Assembly: GCF_037042905.1 (NCBI RefSeq)
Contig: NC_087245.1
Location: forward strand, 806,001-870,000
Source of the DNA: Lytechinus pictus
Taxonomy: Eukaryota
Reading direction: 5' to 3'
Length of the DNA: 64,000 nucleotides
Under the pieces are notes generated by a model. It did not search any database. It saw only the letters and a list, made by a program, of their open reading frames with translations, and was not told where the DNA came from. Numbering within the stretch: the stretch's first letter is position 1; each line of letters begins with the position of its first letter. Of this stretch, positions 27,287-37,785 are shown piece after piece. The translations under genes were made by a program, and so were the position numbers.

Positions 27287-28108
27287 CTAAGGGTTAAAGA
27301 TGAAATCCCCTAAACGTTGGTCTATAACGCCGGTGATCCGCTTGACTGCATTCGGAGGAACAATTACTTGCTTGTGCAAATGAACCCGGGCAATCTGCCG
27401 CCCAGGGTCATCACTATACCAAAGTGGAATCCTCTGACCTCCCAACTGCATATGCGGATCTAGGAGGTGAATCGCAGCCTTGCGCTTGCTGAGGAAATCT
27501 AATCCCAGGAGCATATGATCAGCTATAGGGGCTACATATACTTCCTCCGAGAACGTCTGGTTCCCAAGCTCTATGGAAAGGGGACCGACAATTGTCCCTC
27601 TCATCTTCATATCCCGTCCCGCTGCATGTAGGATCACTCCTCTCAGTTTAGGGGGCTGGGGGTCCAGTGACTGCAGGAGCCTATCCGAGATGATGGACAC
27701 CTCGGCTGCGGTATCGACAACTGCGCTTACTGGCTGCCCCCCTATAACAACTGAGACCTTGAGAGTAGAGCGCGACTCCAACCTACATACCACTACCTCT
27801 TCAATCTCGCTTGCACACCCAAGCCCTGTGAGAGCATCTGGAACTGATTCCAGAATGGCTTCACCCAGGTCTGATATTCGGGTGTTCGAGGGACCAACTG
27901 GATCCCCCGCCGCAGCCTCTACATAAGTAGCTATTCCGGTTACATTATTCCCTGGGACTATCAGGCGCTCCGACACGCCCTCTGTTATTCCTTCAGATGA
28001 GCCTACGGATGGCCCCTCTGAGCTGCTTGCTAGCTTGGAACCCTCTATTTGGCCTCTGGCGGTGGGGGCCGGTGGCTGGCCAGCTCCTCCGACCCGTTGG
28101 AGTTTTCC
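27287..28108 (-). CDS. Retropepsin (aspartic protease) in the -1 frame relative to gag; pol truncated
   Basis: VSAVVDTAAEVSII catalytic motif and MLLGLDFL; ORF overlaps the gag end; stop after ...RLGDFIFNP. Confidence 0.85.
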   Translation of the reverse strand, partial: GKLQRVGGAGQPPAPTARGQIEGSKLASSSEGPSVGSSEGITEGVSERLIVPGNNVTGIATYVEAAAGDPVGPSNTRISDLGEAILESVPDALTGLGCASEIEEVVVCRLESRSTLKVSVVIGGQPVSAVVDTAAEVSIISDRLLQSLDPQPPKLRGVILHAAGRDMKMRGTIVGPLSIELGNQTFSEEVYVAPIADHMLLGLDFLSKRKAAIHLLDPHMQLGGQRIPLWYSDDPGRQIARVHLHKQVIVPPNAVKRITGVIDQRLGDFIFNP

Positions 28109-29745
28109 TCCTCCTGGTCCCCTACAAAGGAAACTTGTACCTTGGCCCTGTTTTCCTGGACCGAAGGACAATTGTTCCTGTAGTGGCCAATCCCGCCGCA
28201 CTCATAGCACCGGTCCCGACCGGGTGACCTCCCGCGTTCACGCGCTGGTTGGGGCCTAGTCTGGATAGCCTCCAGGACCTTCTTGAGGTCCCGTTCCAAA
28301 CCACCCAGACGCTGCAGATCCCGCTCGATGTGGCCCAAGCGTTCATCGGTCTTGCGTTCTAGGTTCACCAACCTTTGCTCAAGGGCTGCATTGTTCCCTT
28401 GGGGTAGTTCCACCTTACGGACCTCCCCTTCATTAGCCTTAGACACTGCCTTGGGACGCCCGTACATTGCGCGGTGCACGTGTTGGTGCCACTCAATATA
28501 CTTAAGCGCCTCATTCACGGTAGATGGATTCCGCGTAAGCGCGTGGCACCCCGCCTCTCGGTTGAGGGCGCCCTGGCACAGGCGAAGGACCGCCTGTCTA
28601 TTCGGGTAGGACCCATTGACCCCTGGAAAAGCACGCGCTGCTAGCTGGAGCACCCGGTCTGCCCAGTCTGGCAGGGATTCAGTGGGTCCCTGCTTGGCTG
28701 CCACAAACTCCAGCTGAGCAGATTCAGAGAGCCCTTCCTCCCCGAACCTGTGCTGCAGCCGGGCCACTAGACCTGCATATGGCATATTTGGCTCTTGGTC
28801 CAAGACCATTAGCAAATAATCTTCAGCCTTCCCTTTCAGGCCCCAGTATAGCTGGCTTACGCGCTCCATTGCAGTCCAATTATGGTGATCAGCAAAGGCG
28901 GAGAACTTTCTGAAGAAAGCCCTCCAGTTACCCTTGCCGTTGAAAGTGAGGGACTTTGGCAGCGTGTAATATGGTAATCCACCACCAGTCCCCCTTCCTG
29001 AGGAACCACTAGAATTCGCAGGTGATGCAGCCGGGCTACTAAGCGGCGAAGATGAACTGTACTGGGCTGGGCGTGTCATACCCGCCCGCACATTCCTTGC
29101 GCTGTAATCTGGGGTAGGGGGTGGGGCCAAGGAGCCCCTTCCTTCACCTACCTTGGACCTCATGGCTACCGCTTGCTTGGTGGTGGGGTCATCGCCCCCA
29201 GACCATTCGCTTGAATCGCCACTCGCCTGCATAAATCTATTGACAGAGGCACCATTAGCCTCCTCGCCAACTAGATTCCTGAGCCTAAACCTAGGCTCTA
29301 CACCACTCCCCATATCTCCCCCTCTGGTGCTTGGGGGCTCATGCCCCCGCTCCTCCCGGAAGTGAGATGAGCTGGTGCCCCAGGACCCACTAGACTGGTT
29401 ACTTTGACTTGACCTAGGGGGCTGGTGTTGGTCATAGGGGTAAACACCCCTGGAACCTGCCACCCCATTCAGGTCAGACTCGCTACGGGTGCCCGCAGTG
29501 ATGCGCCCCCTAGGGGTAATAAAAATACTGCCCTCTACCCCCTGGGTGCCCCCCGAAAAGTCTACTCTTTGTGCTAGCTCCCTATTGCTGCATAGCGCTG
29601 GGCTGCTTTCGAAAAGCTCGGGGGTTATCTCCCCATGATCAAGTCTAATCCCCTGGATTATCCCTGCTAGAGCTGGACTTAGCCCTAGCAACCTAAACTC
29701 CTCAAAGGAGCACACATTAATGGGGATTTTCTCTTCCCCGTCCAT
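28045..29745 (-). CDS. gag: Gag polyprotein, 566 aa
   Basis: Capsid-like LPKSLTFNGKGNWRAFFRKF...KQGPTESLPDWADRV, coiled coil, CCHC knuckle CYECGGIGHYRNNC; intact ORF. Confidence 0.92.
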   Translation of the reverse strand: MDGEEKIPINVCSFEEFRLLGLSPALAGIIQGIRLDHGEITPELFESSPALCSNRELAQRVDFSGGTQGVEGSIFITPRGRITAGTRSESDLNGVAGSRGVYPYDQHQPPRSSQSNQSSGSWGTSSSHFREERGHEPPSTRGGDMGSGVEPRFRLRNLVGEEANGASVNRFMQASGDSSEWSGGDDPTTKQAVAMRSKVGEGRGSLAPPPTPDYSARNVRAGMTRPAQYSSSSPLSSPAASPANSSGSSGRGTGGGLPYYTLPKSLTFNGKGNWRAFFRKFSAFADHHNWTAMERVSQLYWGLKGKAEDYLLMVLDQEPNMPYAGLVARLQHRFGEEGLSESAQLEFVAAKQGPTESLPDWADRVLQLAARAFPGVNGSYPNRQAVLRLCQGALNREAGCHALTRNPSTVNEALKYIEWHQHVHRAMYGRPKAVSKANEGEVRKVELPQGNNAALEQRLVNLERKTDERLGHIERDLQRLGGLERDLKKVLEAIQTRPQPARERGRSPGRDRCYECGGIGHYRNNCPSVQENRAKVQVSFVGDQEEENSNGSEELASHRPPPPEAK

Positions 29746-29779
29746 GTTGTGCTTACCCTAATTGGTGTTATCCTAGCAA

Positions 29780-30540
29780 GGTTCAGTTAGGCCCAATACT
29801 GAGCCCAACCAAACCCCTGTTAAAATTATCCAAAAGTTATCCAAAAACTAGGTCTAAATGCAAACCCAATTTATTTATTAAATTCTTTCTAGTATTTTCT
29901 TTTAGCAATTAAAATTGCAAAAACCTGTAAAAAAGTCCAAAAGTATACCCTAATCAGTTTATGGTTAGGCCCAGTGATAAGCCCAACCAAAAAACCTACT
30001 AGAGTTATTCAAAAGCTATCCCAATAAATTAGGTCCAAGTGCAAACCCAAGTTATTTATTAAATTCTTCCTAGTATTTTCTTTTAGCAATTAGATTACAA
30101 AAAGATCCAAATGTATACCCCAATCAGTTTATGGTTAGGCACAATAATAAGCCCGACCAAAAACCTACTTAGATTTATCCAAAAGTGGTCCCAATAAATT
30201 CTTTTATTTTTTAGCAACTGGAATTATAAAACCGTCCAAAAATATACCTTTAACAGTCAATGGTTAGGCACAGTAATTAGCCCGACCAAAAAACCTGCTA
30301 AAGTTATCCAAAAAAGCTATCCCAAAAAATTAGGTCCAAATGCAGACCCAATTTATTTTATAACAATTCTTTTATTTTTAGCAACTAAAATTATAAAACC
30401 GGTAAAAGTCCAAAAATATACCTTTAACAGTCAATGGTTAGGCACAGCGATAAGCCCGACCAAAAACCTGCTAAAGTTATCCAAAAAAGCTATCCCAAAA
30501 AATTAGGTCCAAATGCAAACCCAATTTATGGTATAAAATT
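29780..30540. repeat. Tandem ~130-175-bp repeats (about 5 copies) in the retrotransposon leader
   Basis: Recurring ggttaggc(c/a)cagt..agccc(a/g)accaaaa..ttatccaaaa..aggtccaaatgcaaaccca near 29785, 29962, 30132, 30261, 30435. Confidence 0.8.
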
Positions 30541-32268
30541 CTAGCTTTTATTATTAATTAGATTAGTTTAGTCCGGTTGTGGCTAATAGTTTGCACTATC
30601 ACTGCCAAAAAGAATAATTGTAGCTCTAAAAATATTTATATTAACCTCTAACGTTAAGCCTAACTTGTCTTTTATTAATTTACCTAGGCTATTTATTTTA
30701 TTAATCCTCGAAGCTGGTTCTGTCCTCAATCACGCTAGTGACTAGTGCCCGCTCACACCACAGACAAATTACATGTACTTATTCACATACACAGTCACCC
30801 CACACTCTCTCAAAAATTTTTTTTTTTTTTTTCTTTTATTTATTTGGCAACGGACTCCCCGCTACAACGAGTGGGTGCCCTTACAAAAAATTCCTGTAGT
30901 ACTCTGTGATATGTACTGCAGGAAGTATCGCAGGAAAGTACTGCAGGAATTACGTGCACGTAATTTGGGACGGTACTACAGAAATGTACAACAGGAGTAC
31001 AACAGGTCCGTGTCCTGTGATACTTCCTGTGGTAATAACCGCATAAGTATGGCAGGAAGTATGACAGGACACGATCACCACAACCGCTACAACCGCTACA
31101 ACCACTACCACACTACTATTAGTACTACAGGACAGTATCACAGGATAGTATCACAGGATAGTATCACATGATAGTATGACAGGACAGTATGACAGGATAG
31201 TATGACAGGACAGTATGACAGGACAGTACTACAGGAATACCGCAGACCAGTATCACAGGGAAGTACTACAGAACAGTATCGCAGGACAGTACTACAGGAG
31301 TACCGCAGGCTTCTGGTACTGTGTCCTGTAGTACTGTCCTGTGATACTGGTCTGGTATTCCTGTAGTACTGTCCTGTGATACTGGTCTGGTATTCCTGTA
31401 GTACTGTCCTGTGATACTGGTCTGGTATTCCTGTAGTACTGTCCTGTGATACTGGTCTCGTATTCCTGTAGTACTGTCCTGTGATACTGGTCTGGTATTC
31501 CTGTAGTACTGTCCTGTGATACTATCCTGTGGTGATAAATAGTATCACAGGACAGTATGACAGGACAGTACTTTAGGAATTCCGCAGACCAGTATCACAG
31601 GAAAGTACTACAGAACAGTACTACAGGACAGTACTGCAGGAATACCAAGAGACCTTACCGCAGGACAATTCCTGCAGTACTGTCCTGTGGTATTCCTGTG
31701 ATACTGATCTTTGATATCTTCTGTGGCATTATTGGTCTCATCCTGCAGCCTTCTTGTGATACTTTACTGTGGTAAACCTGCAGGGGTATTCTTGTTGATT
31801 TCCTGTGACAATCCTATGGTATTGTCCTGTAGTAGTCTGTGCGATTTTCTCACGACACCGTCCTGCACTGGTTTGTTAGGCGTAGTAGTTTGTAAGAATT
31901 TCCTGTGATCCAGCACAACAACTTTGACATCTTGACTAATGAAAAGAGGCGTGAAAAAACCCACAAATTTGCAAAGACGTTAAAAGCATATTCACATACC
32001 TTTATTATGTATGAGCTGTACTATGCACAGTATAGAACATCTTTGATATCATAAATGACTGCTAGAATAATGCAGTAACATTTCATCTTTAGGATAAGAC
32101 ATGTACAAAGATTTATATCCATGAACATTGAGATGCCACATGAACTACTTTCACTATTCATACATTGCTGCCATTTTGAGATCACATAAAGAAAGCTAGA
32201 TTCGACCCAGAATCCTTCCCTCTAACACAACAATAAGCGATTATTATTAATACCTTGGTCACATTCCT

Positions 32269-32424
32269 TGACCGGTTGCCTTACGGCGAGACAAAATCAG
32301 CAGTTTTAGGTATTCCTGTACAAACCACCCACGTGTAGCTGGTAGTAGCTGGTACAAGGATGATTAAGACTGTTAATTTTGACTCGACGTAAGGCCACGA
32401 GCCGGCGAATGTAACCAAGGCTTA
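32269..32424. mobile_element. Small Harbinger-like MITE
   Basis: ccttggtcacattc ... gaatgtaaccaagg TIRs with internal ccttacg/cgtaagg symmetry. Confidence 0.55.
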
Positions 32425-33829
32425 ACCAGTATTATGGTTGCAAAAAAAACTGTAATAGCTGAGCAATTGCATTTTCCCCTTCTTGTCAACACCCGATTGG
32501 CTTAATACTAAAAGCAGAACATCCTTTACTCAACCATGTTATGAAACAATGGATAACCACTTCTGCATGTACAGATAATGCATGGTGCACATACAGTAAG
32601 GGATGAAATTATGATGTGTTGATCACCAGTATAAACTTAAAGTACATGAACGTAATCATAATCACTTCATTTTGCTCAGAATTCACTTAAGTCCATAAAT
32701 ACTGAAAGATATTTTTGAATGAATTTCACATGATTTAGAACGTTCACCATAGGTTAGAAAAAATATGAACATAAGATTACTTTGCCAAAACGTAGATCAA
32801 ATCTATTGAGACATTAACCTTTTTGACATTGAATAGGCATATCATTTTACACAGTCTTCTTGTCTAAGAATTGCTCCAACTACGTATTGAAGGGTTATAT
32901 ATGAATGTAAGCATGAGCCCATCATAAACACGAAATTGCGGCATGTAATTTGATTTGCTACATGTCATAATTGATAACTAAATGACGTTCAATACTTGAT
33001 GTTGCTACATAAAATAATTAAGGTCATGTGGCAATGTGAATTCATACCTACTCGAGTCATTTAGTAATTTCAATTAGTATATGACCTAATTAATTATGAC
33101 ATATAGCTCAAAATTGACTTGAATAATTATGACCAATTTGATTGACCTCAATTATTTGAAGTAGCAACATCAATTATTTAACATAAGCACTCTCAATCGA
33201 GGTGGAGTAACTCTTCTTTAGGTCATGTTACTATTCGAATTGGAACATGTCATTGTTTAGGTCATGCAGCAATTCAAATTACTTGCTCAAGTAAACAATT
33301 ACAATTGTAATATCACGCAAAATGAATTAGCTGTACATGACATAATTCTGTTCTTTGATGGGCTTATGCTTCCATATATTAAGTAAATGGCTTTAATTCT
33401 TAATGATTATCCAAAAATTCATATACATAAAATAAACCAATATGAAGAGCATCATATCCAAAGTGATCACCAGTTCACCCAATGTTACAGTACAAAAATA
33501 AAAAGCTGATTTTCTTATGTACTTTCACACATGTATGTTATACATGTGCACTGTATGTCACTTGACCCTGGCAGACAATAGAATTGACAAGCAGTGAGTC
33601 CTACATGTACATGTAGCTGCCTGGTTTGCATACTTTAATGTTATATGAATTTCAATCATGGCCATGTGCTGTTTATACACTAAATGGAGGGATCTTGTCA
33701 TAATGTTATGTCAATTAAAAACTGAATAAAATCCCAATTATCCTGAATAGCTAGACTAGCCCCCTTGCAATGGACATTGTAATCTTGTTTTCTTTTACCT
33801 TTCATTATTTTTGAAAATTTTCATACAAC

Positions 33830-34756
33830 TAGGGCTGGGACTAAAACCCGGGTACCCGAGTAGAAAAATCAATACCCGATACCCGAAAATTGCTCACCAG
33901 TATAATGTACATGTATTTGATTTGTATTGCGTAGTGTAAGACATGATTGTAACTCATTACAAAAGTACACAAGCCTCATTTTGAATTTCACCAATTACCC
34001 TCTAAATATCCATAAATATACAAGTTTTCAAGTGATGATGATGTGACCGAGATCGTTCAATCATCGCCATGTTTCTTTTGCAGCGCAGTGACGTCATCCA
34101 GCCACTGCGACGCAAACCAATTTATGAATGAAAATATAGTAAGCATGCGCATTGCAAGCCTCAGCCCCACGCAGTATTACGTCAAAACAAGTCTGCAATA
34201 CTCTGTCACCTCATACCAAAATCGACCTACGAAGCACCAGCCAATCACGTTCTTGTTACCATTTTTAGTTCATCATAAACCGAAAATGGGAACACGATCG
34301 TGATTGGCTGGCGCATTTGACGCTCTGAAACCCGGAAATCAATTGACTTTGTTCACGTAGCGATACAAACTCACGAACACGATGTAATATCGATGCTACT
34401 TCGTAAGATTTTGACGGAAAAGCAAGAATAAAAATTTGCTTACCTGTGCAGTATCGGTGAGAAAACCTTTTATAATTCATATGATATATAGGAAAGTGGA
34501 ATTCTAGGTCGATTTTGGTACGAGGTGACAGAGTATTGAAACTTGTTTCGATGGAATACTGCGTGGGGCACGGGAGGCTTGCAATGCGCATGCTTACTAT
34601 ATTTTCATTCATAAATTGGCTTGCATCGCATTGGCTTGATGACGTCACCTATGGGGTTTTTCCACCAGTCATATTTCAAGTGACATGATTTTCAGGTACC
34701 CACCCGAAAATTACCACGGGTACCCGAAGAGAAAAAACCCGAAAGTCCCAGGCCTA
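33830..34756. mobile_element. hAT-like MITE
   Basis: tagggctgggact / agtcccaggccta TIRs, perfect 8-bp TSD catacaac, tacccg subterminal repeats, internal ~140-bp inverted repeat (34088-34225 vs 34507-34648). Confidence 0.85.
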
Positions 34757-36210
34757 CATACAACTCTTTGTTTTTTTTTTATACTTTATCAAAGCTTTTA
34801 TGATTATAAATGTAATTAAATAATTTGACTTGATAAATGTATATTACTGGTATACTAATTGTGAATTTTTAGCAAGAAACAGTATTTGTGTTGGATTAAT
34901 ACATAAAAATGTTGCGAAATTTCGGAACAGCGTACCCAGGCATCACAAATTTGGTCTCAAAAGATGTGCAAGACTTGAAAGTAAAAAGGCAGCTAATGCA
35001 GCCTCCCAGTTATTAACCCTTAGTTAAATTGGACCAATTTGACCCCCCCCCCTTCCAAAAATTTTGCGACCATGCTGTCGCACAATTTTTTTAAAACATG
35101 CCTCTTTCTAGTCTTGTGCATCTTTTGAGACCAATCTTGTGTCACCCGGTACGTGGTTCTGTAATAACGTGACATTATGTAAGTACATGTCATACCAAAA
35201 ATTGCTCAAAAACGTGATTTTGTGTACAAAGTCAATGCAATAGAGGAAAAAGTATGATTTTGTATTCTAATTACGCATAAATTAGTATTATCACTTACTA
35301 ACAATTTGCGTGAAATAATTTACAATTTAATTTTGTAAATTATGCCCTAGACAACCCATGTGCCAATGTTAGACGCGATTGTGCGGTCAAGATCTCAAGG
35401 AAGGGGGGGGGGGCCCTGGAAACCCCCCCTCCCCCCGCCATATCAACTCCCAAAATACCCTGGCTTTAGTTGACTTTCTGGCTCCTCTTGAGTAGTCACC
35501 ATTCATTGGACAGCTTGTTTTTATCCAAGTCTGTATAGCACGAGGCAGCTTAATCTGTAGAAAAAAAAACACATACCATTACGATAACATGAACAACATA
35601 AAAATACAAGAAATAAGGTGTTTTGCCCCCATCTAGATCTCTTTTCACAAGTACATATCTATCGGATAATGAGGTCCTTGCGGCTATCTCTCTTAGCATA
35701 TTCTTGCTTATAAAAGCAAACTAAGCCGAAGAGTGACAAACAATTTATAATGCAAACAAATTGTCATAAGCACATATTGAAACTCTTTAATAAAACAATG
35801 AAGAATAAATCTACATCTTCTAACAAGGATTACACTGTATGCCACTGCATGAATACAATCTGCTTAATTTTGTAATTATAATATCTACTGAAGTGAATGC
35901 CTATATAATCACCTTTTATGAACTCCAACCGTGTCTTGTACAAGAACATGGCCTTTTCTGTGTACACCTGTAGTATCTTTCCCACATAATGCTGGACTTG
36001 CTGCTCGATCATCCAGAGATCCCTCTTTGAATCTTTAATGAAATGAAATGAATTTGAGTGACATAGTAAAATTTTATTTGCAGGTTAATACAAATACATG
36101 ATGTAATAAAAATACATGATAAAACTTCTTCATTTCCATATTTCAGTGTTACAATTCAGGTGCAAAGAGTCATATTCTTTAATAATATTCAACATAAAAT
36201 CAATAGAAAC

Positions 36211-37197
36211 TAGTGCTGTTGTCGATAGGCCTCATATCGACATTGATGTCGACATACGAAGGATTTTCAAAATTCCGACATGTCGACATGCACGCACCCA
36301 CATCGACATGTAAACATAAAATAAAAAGGGGTCTAGCCTACAATCACGAGTGTTAAGATTAGCTGAAAAGTTAGAAGCATTTATCCACAGTAATTGGCGC
36401 GATTAAAAGGTTTATTCAGCTTAGCAGCGCATTAAATGAAAAAAGAATATCTGCGAGCTGTGCGGCAGTAGAAATACGTCAGTGCAGGGCCGGCCTGCCC
36501 GATCGAGCCGCCCTCGATATCCCGTTATAGCGAGAGTAGCATTCACCGTACCCATCCACGGAAATATGTACCCATCGCGCGCTATTCACCGTGCTTGATA
36601 ATACGTTGCTCCTCAATGCATTACTTTTCACATAAACGTGAGCAGCAGCGAACACGTGTTTTTGTCAAAGTTGTGACTGCCGCAATTGAGCGCTTACTTC
36701 ATATCACGAAGTCACAGAAAACTTCCCTTCATTCGTTTGGAGATCGTTGCACGGATCGCCGCGGAAGTGATACTGAAATTATCGGTCGATTTTCATTACT
36801 TTTCATTGTCAAATTGAGGAGCTTGCGTTTGCAGCAATGATCACTGTTGTAATTGGTGATTCTCAAATTGGCTACGAGTGTTATTGAGCAATGCTTTCGA
36901 AACCGGATCCTGGTACAAAAACTTGATTCTCCAGAAAAAAAATGTGGATTAAATCGGTGATTTTGGAAGCTCAATTCCCGAACTGAGCCTGTATTATATA
37001 GATCTAGTGTGGGGATATCACTCGTGTCAAGGTGAATATATTTGATTGAGAGTGTTGTTCCACGATCGAATGCTTTTTTTTTATGTTAGGGAGCCCAGGC
37101 TAAATTACGGTCCCTTTTTCATGTCGACATTGTCGATGTCGGGATTAATTTTTAAGCGACATGTCGACATGGATTTTTGTTCCCGACAACAGCACTA
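36211..37197. mobile_element. hAT-like MITE
   Basis: tagtgctgttgtcg / cgacaacagcacta TIRs, degenerate 8-bp TSD atagaaac/atgaaaac, atgtcgacat subterminal repeats. Confidence 0.75.
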
Positions 37198-37237
37198 ATG
37201 AAAACATTAAAAGTAGAGGAGCATTTTAACCTTACTC

Positions 37238-37785
37238 CCCGGGGGGGCCACTTACATTGACGACTGGATACCATGCGCGACCAAAAAAACACGTAAAAAG
37301 GATGTCCTTTCCACGATAGGGCACGTTACGTACGTAACGTGATAAGGGTGTCAAAAACACAAAAATAATGAAAAGAGGGTGTCTATTTCGCTAGGAAAAT
37401 TACGTGTTTAGGGTCGAATTTGCGGGAATGATAAAACAAAATTAAAATGTTTTATAAAGGATGTCCATTTTGCCCCAACACTTCGTGTTTAGAGTCCGAT
37501 TTGCACGAGGTGTAGAAGGTGGGGTCGTACTAAACCAAATAAGGTAAAGCCGACGACCAAAGGACCCGTAACAATAAAACATTCCTGTACTTATTTAGGG
37601 GTTCATTTCAGGGAATATTTGCCAAGAGTATCGTTTTATTTCCAATTGTTAAGGGTAGGGTTTCACACGCCAATACTTGTTAAGGGGTGCCTTTTCAGAA
37701 TATGGAAATTACGTGTTTAGGGTGCTTTTCGAGACCCCATGGTCGCGCATGGTATCCACTCGTGAATGGAAGTGGCCCCCCCGGG
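37238..37785. mobile_element. MITE with CCCGGGGGGG termini
   Basis: cccgggggggccactt..ggataccatgcgcgacca / tggtcgcgcatggtatcc..aagtggcccccccggg; 8-bp TSD ccttactc. Confidence 0.85.

Noticed and set aside
35459..35554. P2X7/Nanor-like C-terminal domain similarity
   Set aside because: Only a vague LP...I...P...Y pattern, with the conserved cysteines missing; too weak without a profile search.
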